A stretch of DNA of 55,787 bases, filler included, from Jimgerdemannia flammicorona (lineage: Eukaryota), in the NCBI GenBank assembly GCA_003990765.1. It is 3 parts of 3 records of this genome, joined end to end, with 100 filler letters (N's around TTAATTAATTAA, not from the genome) between each part and the next. Parts side by side here need not be neighbours in the genome. Positions count along the whole stretch, not along the records: positions 18,636 to 37,163 come from RBNJ01002189.1; positions 37,264 to 55,787 come from RBNJ01002190.1; 1 more part is not named here. One strand, given 5' to 3'. Both the position numbers and the translations under genes were made by a program. Below, piece by piece: positions 32,400-44,889 of the stretch. Under the pieces are notes generated by a model. The model saw only the letters and a list, made by a program, of their open reading frames with translations. It was not told the DNA's origin and did not search any database. Positions within the stretch are counted from its first letter, which is position 1; every line of letters begins with the position of its first letter.

Positions 32400-34100
32400 T
32401 ATGACCACCATCAGAGCCCAACGTAGAAGGAGAATCGGGGGGGCTACTGCCATCCCCAGGAGTTTGGGCCACCAGCTCTGTTGTGGCCAGAAAGAGGTGA
32501 TGAGGGTGAGGTGAGAACATCAGTTCTCCTTTATCTTACAGAGTGTACAATTGATCAGGATCCAAGGAGGGTTCACATATGCCCCAGTTAGAGGCCAGTG
32601 GTGTCGAAAAGCATCCATCCCCAAGGCTTCAGGGTCGGCCTGCTAGCTATAGAAGAGGGGGGTCTGCATGGTCATTTGTGAGGCGAATAGGTTGAGTTGG
32701 ACCAGGCCCCACAGGTGGTGTAGGCATTGGAACACTGCTGGAAGCAGCTTCCAGTCATTGGGGTTGGGATGGAGGTGCCTCAAAATGTCTGCCCAAACAT
32801 TCTCCAAACCTGGGAGGTATTCCATGAAGAGGCAAATGCAGTGTGTCATGCAGATTGAGTGGATGCACATCACAATAGCATGGAGGTGGTGGAGAGAGCC
32901 TCCCTGTTTGTTGACAAATGCCCATGTGGTCATATTGTCTATCTGGACCAGGACTGTACAATTTTTCCAGTGGTGTGAGTTGATCTGGAGGGCAAAGAGA
33001 CTATCTTCAGCTTGTGGTAGTTGATGGACAGGCAGTGCTCCAAGGATATCCAGGTGCCAGCCACCTGCCATGCAGTATGACTGATGTTGGTAGTGGAGGA
33101 GGAGATCTCGAAACCCCATCTCACATTGCTGGCATCCATGTTCACTGTGATCTCAGGGACCTTGGTGAGGAGAGAGTGGCCATTCCATCCCAGCAGTTCC
33201 TGGGACCACCAATAGAGGTTGGTCAATGATGCCTGGGAAAGTATCATCTGTCTATTCCAATTGGAGTAGTGGAGGGCAGCCTATATATCATGGATAAGTA
33301 CCTAAATATGAAAGTATGTGGGGAAGATGGTCTGGGTCATGGAATTGCAGAGGCCAATCAGAGAGGCCACCTTATAGATCAGGATGCTGGATTTGGAGGC
33401 CTGACAGAGGAGAGAGGCCATCTTCTTGCAGATCTTATATACCTTGTTCCTTGGTAGGTATAGCTCCATGGCATTGATATCTATCAGGAACCCAAGGAAT
33501 ATCTGAACTTGCTTGGGATCTCATGCGCATTCCATCAGATGGAGGAGGAACCCCAAGATCTCCAGGTGGTTGTGAACCATCTGGCTATTGTGAACAGCTT
33601 TATCATAGCTGGAGACCAGTAGACAGATATTGTCAATGTAGTAGGTGAGGCGAATGCCATGTCGCCATAGTAGTTCCAGAATGGTAGCCATTATCTTCAT
33701 TCAGATTCAAGGGGCTGAAGATAGGCCAAATGATATGGCCAGGAATTTCCAGTTGATTTGTTGCTATTGGAAGGCCAATCGGCAGGGTGGAGGAGAATGT
33801 GGAGGTAGGCATCCTTGATGTCTATCTTGAAGAGAAAGTCCCCTGGGTATACCATGTGGCAGAGCATTTGAATACCTTCCATCTTGAAGTGCAATTGCTA
33901 TACAAACTTATTCAGCAAATGTGTGTCAAGGCAGGCCTGATTCTTATCAATCTGGGGGATGGTGAAGATGCTGGAGAAGAAGAGCTCTTCCCCAGGTTGG
34001 GCCTCATAAGTGGCCCCTTTGTTGTGGAAGTCCTGGATGGTGGTGTCTACCAGGGCCTTTTCCATAGTGGTCATACCTCATTCATATGTATGAGAAGTAG
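32400..34100 (-). pseudogene. DIRS RT, RNase H and methyltransferase-like domain
   Basis: HFKMEG...KIDIKDAYLHI, YIDN (33630-33641), DASNVRWG, IDNMT, PGLENVWADIL, YVNPPW (32562-32579). Confidence 0.9.
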
Positions 34101-35364
34101 GGCTGGATGCATAGCAGTGTCAAGAGGTATATCCAATCAATGCATGTCTTGCCAAGGGCCATGTCATTCACCCAGCAGTCGGCTCCTAGGGCTTGCCAAA
34201 CTGATTCAGAGACCTGAGCCAGACAGGCACCCACCTTGGAGATGTTGGACACCTTCGGGACTAGGGAGTGATATATGGGGGGATCCTTCAGAGGTTGGTG
34301 GTGGGTGTTATTGCGTCTGGCCCTAGTGTCCAGCTTCAGAAGCTGCCCCGCTGACTTGGAGTGTAGTTCTGAGAAGATTGGAGAGAGTGGCAGAAGTTGG
34401 GGCATTGGTTGCCCTGGGATCCATTTCCCTGGCCCTGGCTCCCAGAGGTAAATTTGCTATAGGTGGAAGAGGAGTTATTCCAAGGGGTGGAGGGCTTGCT
34501 AGAGGCTGCTCAAACTGTGAGTCGGTGTTTCTGGTATCTTGCATCATCCTGGAAGCAGCAGATGAAGTCAATGCCAAAGAGGTCACCATTATAATTGGAG
34601 CCAGATGTGACTATATGGTATGTAGAGATAAGGGTGGGGGACCATCCTGCAGCTTTGACGAGGTTGACCTAATGGCAGATGTGGATGCTTTCTGCCTTAT
34701 GGAATCCGATCTGAAGGGAGTCTTGGAGTTTTTCCACCATAGGGGTAACAACAGCATTGTGGACCAAGCCTTGGTGAAAATTGGCCCCATCACTCCATGG
34801 TTCAAGGGCATGGAGGAGAATGGCAATGGGGTGGAGCATGTTGTAGATTGTGCATTGTGAGTCAGCAAGGATGTGGTCAGCATCTTAAGTGGCTTTGGGG
34901 AAATTGTTGAGGAATGTCTTGTTGATGGAGGGAGTTTGAAAGACACCACCCTTGGGCTCCAAGTTGTGGCAGATGAGCTTCCTAAGGCTGGGAGGGGTGA
35001 GGTATGTGTGGATACATTCAGTGGGAGTGATGTCAGTGAAGGTGGGCAAGATGTGAAAGCAGCCAAGAGCTCTCGTTCTTACAGCTGTGAGGAATTCCTC
35101 ATCACTGCCATTGTTGTCAATAGGGGTGTCATCATCCATACCATCAGGGTGCTCATCAGATCCAGAGACCAGGCCCCTGGTATGTCCCATTTGTTGGAGA
35201 AAGAGAGAATTGATAATATGCTATTGTTCACATTTAATCATGATAGCTAGATCTGGCAGTATAGGGCAGAGACTGACCACAACCACCTCAGAGACCTGCT
35301 GAATAAACTCGGCCCATTTGACCAAGGCAGTCTATCTGTTGTTATTGCTGTTGAAGTTGTTCAT
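34100..35364 (-). pseudogene. DIRS gag-like ORF1 (decayed)
   Basis: Lies between the 5' ITR and RT. ATG at 35364 is in frame with ORF 34885..35190. Homologous sequence is present in DIRS-2 at 36400-37163. Confidence 0.6.
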
Positions 35365-35620
35365 AGTTCATAGTCAGAAAAGTTTTGAGGGTTGAAAGTA
35401 AGAAGGTGAACTGCCAAGCTTTCAAAATAGCTAAGGGAACTCCATAGGAGCAGAGACACTTTTATTACCATGTTTTACACAAATGTCTCACATATATATC
35501 ATAGACAGATGAATTTGCAGTTACATGTAAAACCACTATTTCTAAGATAAATAAAGCATGCCATTGCTTTCTAAATGGCAGAAACCAACTCTGAAATGGT
35601 CCAAGACCAAGCAAAGCTTA

Positions 35621-37163
35621 GTTCTTGTAGATCTTGTGAACTTTTTCAGTATATAGACATAGTTCCATAGTAGTTATATCAACCAAAAAGTCTAGAAATA
35701 TCTGGGTCTAATTGAGTTCCCAAGTATATTTAGTGGGGTAGAGTAGGAATCCTAATGTTTTGAGGTAATCATGAGTGATCTTACTATAGAGAACTATTTT
35801 ATTATAGTTGAAGACTAGGAGGCAGATATTACCAATATAGTAGGTAAGGTAATCTATAATGGTTTCAGTACTGTAGCCATCAGCTTGGTCCAAATATACA
35901 ATATTGAGGATAGGCTGAATGGCATAACCTGGAACTTCTAATTAGTTCAGTGCTATCAGAAGGCTAGGAATCATTGATTGTTGGTATGAAGGGAAACATA
36001 GAGGTAGGTGTTCTTTATATCAATCTTGATAAGAAAGTCCCCTGGTCATATCATGTATCAGAGGGTCTGAATACCTTCTATTTAAAAGTATAATCACTGC
36101 ACAAACTTATTCAGCAAATGAGTATCTAGGCAGGCATAGTGTTTTTCTATCTGTAGAACTATGAAGATATTAAAAAAGAAGAGTTTCTCTCTAGAGTGGG
36201 CCTCAGTGAAGACCCCTTTGTTGAAGAAGTAATAGAAGGCTGCATATATAAGAGCCTTCTTTATGGTAGACATATCTCAATCATAGGTAAACTGTGGTTA
36301 TACTCATAGAGAGATTGGGAGTATCAGTTAGTCAATCTATGTTCTGCTATGGGCTGTACCTATTGTCCATTGGTTGATCTCAGGGTCTTCCAAATAGAGT
36401 CAGATACCTGGGACAATCAGACTTCTACCTTGGATATATTGGGTATCTTTGGGATAATAGAGTAATAAAAGAAGGAGTTCCTCAGGGTTGGGTAGCAGGA
36501 GTTGATGTGCTTGGTCCTGGGGTCCAGTATTAAAAGTCACCCCAGGTGCTTGGGGTATAGTTCTGATGAATTTGTTATAAGTTGCAGAAGTTGGAGTATT
36601 GGTCACCCCTGAATCCATTTCTCTGGCCATGGCTCCCAGAGGTAAATTTGCCATAGTTGGGAGTAGAAGTGGTATAGACTGCCAGGCAGTATTTTTGATA
36701 TTTGGTATCATTTTGGAAATATTAGAGGAAGTTGGTACTGAACAGATCACTATCATATTTGAAACTGGATGAGACTGTCTTGTATACTGGTATGTATGAG
36801 TACAGAGGACTATCTCACAGCTTTGGTAAGTTCAATATATTGGCAGATGTGAATGCTTTTGACCTTGTGGAATCTGATATGAAGAGGGTCTTACAGCTTC
36901 TCCACCAGGGGGACAATAATGGTTTCATGGACTAATCCATGGTGGTGGGCATCAGCTCCATTATTACATGGCTCAAGTATATAGAGGATGATGGTGATGG
37001 GTCAAAGGGTATTATAGATTATATATTGGGAGTCAGCAAGTGTTGTTCAGCATCCTTGGCAGCCTTAGAGAAATCATTGATGAAGGCTTCATTGATGGCA
37101 GGGGTGCAAAAGACACTACCCATGGGTTCAGGGTTGCATTGGATAAGTTTTCAGAGGCTGGGG
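35621..37163 (-). mobile_element. DIRS-2, 5' part (RT and gag), continuing 27564-30829
   Basis: Joining 30829 to 35625 restores sequence collinear with DIRS-3 at 33410-33500. Decayed RT at 35640-36250. Confidence 0.82.
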
Positions 37164-37263
37164 NNNNNNNNNNNNNNNNNNNNNNNNNNNNNNNNNNNNN
37201 NNNNNNNTTAATTAATTAANNNNNNNNNNNNNNNNNNNNNNNNNNNNNNNNNNNNNNNNNNNN
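37164..37263. other. Artificial contig spacer
   Basis: 44 N + TTAATTAATTAA + 44 N. Confidence 0.97.

Positions 37264-37298
<35 letters not shown>
37264..37298 (+). other. PolyA, probably a LINE tail inserted into the 5' LTR of copy A2; contig start
   Basis: A 35-nt A-run directly abuts LTR U5 sequence. Confidence 0.6.
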
Positions 37299-37300
<2 letters not shown>

Positions 37301-37439
37301 AACTCAGAAATCTTAGAACATTTTGTTGCTTTTTGATAAAGTAACTGGGGGCTCAAGCCAAACTATATCAACCCCCAACCTTGTAATTTACCTCCATTGA
37401 GCCAGGTATGTTACATTTGGGGGCTCAACTAGGAATATT

Positions 37440-39000
37440 TCAAATTAACATGACTTTTCAGCTCACAAGAACCCACAGTCAAACTGGATATATTTGATAC
37501 AATACCAACCTCTGCCACTACAGGAGAACCAGTTATCACCAGTATCTGGACAGGAAAAGAAGTAATCACATCAAGACTTGCCAACTACCCAGCATCAGAA
37601 GGATCCCAACCAAAAGGCAGTACAGCCTGAAATCCTCAACCAGATCAACCAGACAATATAGGTAGCCCTGCTAGAGATTTCAAAGAACTTGCACAAGAAC
37701 TAGAAGATCTTATCACATGAACCTGAGACCTTACAGCCAGATGTCCCATACCAGCCCCACCAATCTCACCAATAGAACCTTTACCACAACCCCTTGCAGA
37801 GTTGGAAGTAGCTTCTACAAGAATACCTAGACTTATTCCACTTTATCCAAGGTCCAGAACACCATCCTTAAGATACCCAAGCACTCTCATCTCCAGTGAT
37901 AGCTCAGAAAGTGAATCAGAATCAGAATCTGAACCCAAACCAGAATCAGAAGAAAGTGATGAAGAAATGGCCACCTCACTGCCAACCTTTGCAGGATACC
38001 TGGAGGAAGACTCCAGAGAGTTTCTTGATGGAATTGAAGGAATCGCAGCCTTGAGAAATCTCTCAGATAAAAGAAAAATCGACATCTACAAGGCTCAGCT
38101 CAGAGAACCAGCCAGAGGACTTTTCCATTGAACAGCAAACAACCCAGATTCAGAACTGGCAAGACAGATACAAGCAGCAATGTCCTATGAGCTACAATAT
38201 GAGGCCATGGTCCACTGACTCATTGAAAAGTATGCAGGAAATGAAACCTGCCACAAGGCCCAGGAATCCATCATGGGGATGATGATGAATCTTGGAGAAT
38301 CACCCAGAGCCTTCTTCACAAGAATCCAGAAGAGAATGCATACTGTCAGGTTCAATGCCACCAACAAGGACATCATTGGTCCAATGACCTTCATGAAAGG
38401 AATTCCCCCAAACATTGCCCAGCATATTCACATCCTTGGCATCAGAAGGTCCAAAGAGCAAGTAGATGCAGCCCAAGGATTCTTTGATATCAGACAAGGA
38501 ACTACCTGGAGTGATCATGACAGAAAAGAAGATAAAGAAGATATCCTGATCAAAGCCCTACAAGGACTCCTTCAAGGACAAGAAAGATCTGAAGAAAGAA
38601 GGCCAGCCAAGGAAGGAAAGAAGGACAGAAGTAAAATCCAAGACCTCAGCTCCAAGTTGGACTAATTGGTCAGACAGATTGAAAACCTCACTATATGCAA
38701 AAACCAGAGCTACCAAGACAATAGAGGATACTTACCACAGAGGAGCCAAGGTTATCCACCCAGAGATAACAGGAGTTATCAGCAGGAAGAGAGAAGATAT
38801 CCTGTCCAAGACAGAGCTCAGGTCTAATGCTTCCACTGTGGATAATTCAGACACTATGTAACCGAATGTGACAACAAAAGAAGTAACCAAGGAGACTCAG
38901 AATCATCAAACTGAAGGAGTGACACTCAGTACAAGAAGACTGAAGCCCATCCTGTTGAAGATTTTGAGGAAACAAGTGACAGTGAAGATTACAGTGACCT
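37440..39000 (+). pseudogene. Gag (copy A2)
   Basis: ORFs 37802..38131 and 38273..38665 are homologous to A1 gag. Knuckle remnant near 38828-38870. Confidence 0.85.
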
Positions 39001-39469
39001 AGATCTGTACTCTACCAAGATTACTACCTGAAAAACAGTCTACCCAGTAGAAAAGAGAAAGATACCTATAGGAAAGCCATCCAGGAACATCAGTAGAAGA
39101 ATCATCCAAGAAGATGAGGAACATAAAGAGGAGCAGGTAGAAATACCTCCCCGAACCCCCTCACCTTTTGTCTCTAAGACAAATGAGCTACCACTAGAAA
39201 ATGAAGAGATGGAACAAGAAGATTAGGAACCTGCTGCCCCAAAGCCCAAAAAGAAGTGTACCCTGAAGACCATGCCCAGAGACATCTACAATGAAGCTTG
39301 GCAGAAGATTCAAGAAGCCAAGATGGAAGTCCCTCTCCTACTTCCTACAACTGACACCAGCCAGGGTTCAAAACAAATTATTAAGAACAACTAGGTATAG
39401 CACTGGCCAGGTCCCAATCCCACAGTAAGAACTAGCTCCCATATAGCTAAAAGACAAGTCAGCACCTAT

Positions 39470-42400
39470 CTACATGGAGATATCAGAGGACAAAAGGCAA
39501 AGATCCTCATAGATACAGGAGCAGCTGTCTGTATCATTGCCAAATAGTTCTTGGACACCCTCCAATGGCCCATTGATGGACCATCCAACCTCAGCATCAT
39601 AGTAGCAGATGGAGCCCGAACCCAACCCCTTGGAGAAGTACAAAACATCACCATCTTCCTTGGACACATTCAGTTCTCTATTCCCAAAGCTGTTGTCACA
39701 GAAGCTGTCACCTATGACATAATTCTTGGCACCAACTGGTTGAAGGAAATGAATGCAGTCATTGATATTGGCCAACAAGTACTCAAGTTTGACTACTGAG
39801 GCAAGAAGTACAGAGTCAAGGTGACTAGCTATGAGCAATTAAAGAAGAAGAAGAAGGTCACTATTCAGGAAGAATATGCCAGTAGTGAGGAGTCTACTAC
39901 AGAAGAGAAAGCAGAAACTGAAGATGGAAATGATCCCAGACTCAATCCCCAAATTACCTGATAGATGACAGAACAGAGGACAATGTTTGGGCCAAGAACA
40001 CCATCCCTATCACTATTGGAGCTATTGTGGGAGAAGCCAAAGGATGCCCTATCTGTCTCAAGAGATACAAGTGTCCCAAGCATTTCTCCAAAATCATGGG
40101 AACAAGGAAATCATCTGGCACAGCCTGCCCAGAATGCAGAAAGAAGAAGAAGAAATGCAGACATATTCCAGAAATACCTGCAACTGAAGCTGCAGAAGTA
40201 TAAGCAATTTGGGGTCAAGAATTATCTGAGGAAGAAGAAACCTCTGACCAAGAAGTTCCTGAACAAGAAGTACCTAAAGAAGAAGAGGTCCCTGAACTCA
40301 TCTCCTGGGATGATTCTCGCTGGATACTACCTGAAGACAATGACCCTTGGAATACAGAAGAAGGACTCAGTATAATTATCATTATCCCCAAGAAAGAAAC
40401 TCACTAAGAAAAAGCCTTTCAGCTAGGAAGATGTCCACACCAAATGGTCTTCTACTCTCCCCAAGACTACTGCTATCAGTGCCATTTATTAGACTAACAG
40501 AAGAGACAGAGACCCCAGAGACCAGAGCCCCTGAACACACTTATACAGTCAACTACTTTCCAAGAAGTTACAACCAAGTTGTAAAGCCAATTTAGAGGAC
40601 AAGGCTTCTTCACCCAGACAGAAATATATCCCTTATCAACTCTTCTACCCACCTATGACCAAGATGGGTACTGATTCCCAAGACAACAAGAGATCAATAA
40701 CCAGGAACATCATTTCCAAGCAATGGGATATTGCAACCATAGAAGACATCCTGACTGCTGAGACTGCAGACATCAGAAGATTCATCTCAGTCATGATGTT
40801 GCAATCCATACCTTGAAGAGAGGAGATAACTGAAGCCAGATACAAAAAAGCCAGATCAAAAAGTCAGAAAGAAGGATCCTCAAGATCTACAATCTAGGAG
40901 AAGCCATCCTTGCTCTCATCAGACATGTAACCATCAAGGATGGGCAGAAGATGCCACCAACTTGAAATAAGCCCTTGACCCTACAGAAAAAAGGGGAATC
41001 AACTATCTCCAAGACCCCTCTACTGGAGCCAGATGGCCACACCTCAACCTTAGAGCCTGGAGGCTCTCTGCTAGTAGAGCTTCAGCCTTAGAAAAGCCCA
41101 AACTCAGCAAGAATATTGCCCAGTATGCCCTACTGCACCCCAAGGCTAAACCCCCAACCAAAGCCCACCCAGAGGATGTAGGATATGATCTTCACAATCT
41201 GGAGGATGAATCTATCAAGTCTGGAAAAACCTTCATGATCAGAACTGGATTAGCCATGCAGCCACCCCAATAATCTTATATCGAATTGACCTCAAGGTCT
41301 GGACTTACCAGACAAGGAAGAATGGTAGAAGGAGGAACCATTGACCCAGGATATATGGGCAAAATCAAGGTTATCTTACAAAACAGCAGTGCAGAATGGC
41401 ACTGAATCATTAGAGGACAGAAGATTGCCCAAGCAGTCTTCATGAAGATCAAGACCCCACAGTTACAAGAAGTCTCTGAACTAACTGAAGGAACAAGACA
41501 AGCCAAGAGATTTGGAAGCTCAGACAGGAAGGAAGTACATCTCCTTCAAGTCAACCACCTCAAGAGGAGTGTTCCCCAGCAAGTGTACCAGCAACCAGTT
41601 AGACTGCACAAGAATCTTATTCTGGAGCCTGGAAAACAAACAACCTTCGAAATCTTTACACCACCCGACCCCAGAAACCTTTTCTTTGAACCCAAGGAAG
41701 ATATCCCCCACCTGGACATAGAGAGACATACATTCTCTAACAAGATGAACCCAGTACACTCCCAAGCAACCAACCAAAGTTGGGAAACTGTCATCTTGCT
41801 AAACCTATTGGGAAACAGCAAAAGGTCCCAGAAGAAAGGAAAGGCCCTTCTGCGACCTAGGAGACAGTGAAGCCTTCCACCAACATTGGAGAAGAATTGA
41901 CACCTCAACAACAACAACTAGTAGAACTTCTCAACAAATATCAAGATATCTTCACTACTGATTATGGCAACCTGCCATACAATCTATCATATCACCACAG
42001 CATAAATATAGAAAATACAACACCCATCCAGCAGAAATCCTATAGAATACCCCATCACTTGAAATCATTTGAAAAGGAGCACATCTAAGAACTCTTAGAC
42101 AATGGAGTCATTCAACCCTCTACCAGCCCTTGGGCTAGCCCCATACTTATTGTACCAAAGAAAGGAGGATGGAGACTCTGTGTAGATTACAGGAAACTCA
42201 ATTCAGTCACTGAAAAGGATGCCTATTCTTTGCCCAGAATCGATGACCTTTTGGATCAGTTACAAGATGCCAGATACTTCAGCAGTATGGACCTCTTCAC
42301 AGGATTCCATGAAATCCCCGTGGACCCAAAAGACATTCAAAATACAGCCTTCCTTGCTCTAGGAAAACTGTTTGAATATCTCCAAATGCTCTTTGGACTT

Positions 42401-44338
42401 TGCAATACACCCATCTTTCAGAGGATGATGAATTCAGTTTATACTCCTTTGATCCACCACTGTCTGATTGTATATATGGATGATTCCAACATCTATTCTG
42501 CAAATTTTGAAGAACATCTGCACTACCTAGAGGAATTCTTCAAGCTCACCCACAAGAACCACTTGAGGCTGAATGCAAAGAAATGTTACTTTGGGAAACA
42601 GAAACTCGAATTCCTTCGATTCATAGTTTTGAAAGAAGGAATCTATACAGATCCAAAGAAAACTGAGAAGATCAACAATTGGTCAGTACCCAAGACCCTG
42701 AAGGGAACACTATCATTCCTGATGCTAGTATCCTACTATAGAAGGTTTATCAAGGATTTTGTCCAAATTGCTGGCCCAATCCAGATCCTTCTCAAGAAAG
42801 AAGTACCATTCAAATGGATAGAATCACAAGAAAAAGCCTTCAAAGAACTCAAGAACTGCATGACTACAGCACCAATCCTTGTGCGCCCCAATCTACAGAA
42901 GCCATTCATTTTGTATAGAGATACTTCTAAAGATGGCCTTGGAGCAGTTCTAGCCCAGGAAGGACCTGACCAACAACACCATATGATAGCTTATGCAAGC
43001 AGAGCTACCAATCAGCAGCAGATGAACTATGGTAGCACTAAACTGGAATGTCTTGCAGTCATATAGGTGGTCACTCTGTTCAAGCATTACCTCATCAGAA
43101 AAAGGTTCACCCTGATCACAGACCATGCAGCCCTCAAATGATTATTCAACTATAAGAAACCCACCAGAATCCTAGCCCTCTGGATCCTTATCCTTCAGGA
43201 TTACAAAATCACCATCATCCACAAAGCAGGGAAAGCCCACAACAATGTTGATGTACTTTCCTACCAACCTCAATAAACCAGAAGAAGGGTCCCAAGGAAC
43301 TACAACCTAAAGAAAGCTCCTCAGACCATTAAGGCACAAGAAGATCTCATCTGTAAAGAATATTAGAAAGCTCACCAAGGACAGACAAGTACAGAAGACA
43401 AGATTCGAAAACTGTATCAACACTGGCCCCACCTCAGAACTCAAGTTCAAGACATTATTCAGAAATGTGACACTTGCCAGAAGTACCAAGGAAAGAAGAA
43501 CTATCAAGCCTCTTTGCAACCAATTCCCCCACTCACTCACATCTTTCAGAGATGGGAAGTAGATGTAATTGGACCTCTACTGGTTACACTAAGAAGAAAC
43601 AAATACATCTTTATATTTGTGAAACATCTGACCAAATGGCCTGAGGCTTTTCCAATGGAAATTGCAGATGTCTTAACCATTGTAGGCCTTCTCCATGGAT
43701 ATATACTCAGATATGGACCCCCAGAAGAACTCATCTCTGACTGAGGCACAGAATTCATCAATAACATAATTATAAGTTATGCTCAAATTCACAAGATCCA
43801 CCTCAAGCAGACTATATCATACCACCCTCAGACCAATGGTATGACAGAAAGAATGAATCAGACCATCAAGAAAGAACTTATCTGAGTCAATCCTACCAAT
43901 TAGGACCTCTGCTTACCTGAGATCCTATGGGAAATTTGGAACACCCCTGCAGTCTCCACTAGACAAAAGCCATTCAAGATGATGTTTGCCAAGAAGACCA
44001 GAACTGCTGACCATGAGAACCTCGGAGACCTCCTCAAGAAGGCAGAACCATTGTATAATCAAGCCCAAGCACAGATTATCAAAGCTCAAGAAAGACAAAA
44101 GAAGTATTATAACCAGAAACAGAAGGATTAGAAGATGAAGATTGGAGATCAAGTACTAGTCTGGAGAAGTGTGATTGAAACAAATTTTGCTACCAAATTG
44201 GAACCCAAATGGGAAGGACCTTATCTTGTACACAACATTAGAGAAACCAGCATTTATTTAAGAAGTATAGATGGATAAACCCTGAGAACACCAGTACACA
44301 TCAATCATCTCAAACTATACTTTCCCTCTATGCCATGA
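39470..44338 (+). pseudogene. Pol of copy A2: protease, insert, dUTPase, RT, RNase H, integrase
   Basis: DTG ~39510; dUTPase 41130-41520; IVYMDD in ORF 42230..43066; TDH; CDTCQ, WEVDVIGP, LISD*GTEF, YHPQTNGMTERMNQTIK and KWEGPY; stop TGA at 44336-44338. Confidence 0.95.
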
Positions 44339-44850
44339 GTCAAAGGATTGATCAGTACCTCCAGACATTGGTCCTCAGCTCCTTCCAAGCCCTACCAGTC
44401 CCTCTACCCCAATTTGGCCAAGCTAATGGAAACCCCCTTTAAAAGATCCAAGTTCATCAAGAAAATCTCACCCTGACCAGGTGCCTACTACAAATCCACC
44501 AACTATAGGCCTATTATGCAATTGGTGAACAATTGCAGAACCTTCCAGTCCCAGAGCAGACCTATATCAGGAACACCACCAGTCTGACCAGAAGAGACAC
44601 TACTGCTGTAGACAGACTATATACTATTTATAAACAAAATGTCACAGCTCTGATACAGGCACAGTTCTCCCTGAATGATATTCAAGAAATGAACCCTACT
44701 ACCTATTTGAGCCTCATCAATGCTGTTGAAGTCCTATTCCCTGAAGAAGAAGAAGAGCCCATAGAATGGAGTGACCCTAATATAGACAATGAGGATGATG
44801 GAACAGGTATAGATACAGAAGCAGCCTATGCTTATTGGGATGATGACTGA
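44335..44850 (+). pseudogene. Extra ORF (ORF3) in the env position, ~171 codons, function unknown
   Basis: ATG at 44335 overlaps the pol TGA and is in frame with ORF 44533..44850. Two internal stops (TAA, TAG). Acidic C-terminus. Confidence 0.7.
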
Positions 44851-44880
44851 AGAATAGTCTGGAACAGACTATCCTTCAGT

Positions 44881-44889
44881 GGGGGCTGA
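44881..44889 (+). promoter_or_regulatory. Polypurine-tract-like sequence
   Basis: GGGGGCTGA immediately before the LTR TGTAAC. Confidence 0.65.

Larger units (their letters stand above)
30826..35624 (-). mobile_element. Complete DIRS element 'DIRS-3' (4.8 kb) inserted into DIRS-2 at a GTTC core
   Basis: ITR cores 30899-31059 and 35431-35591. ICR 31189-31305 is complementary to both terminal extensions. Contains gag, RT, RH, MT and YR. GTTC at both junctions. Confidence 0.92.
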
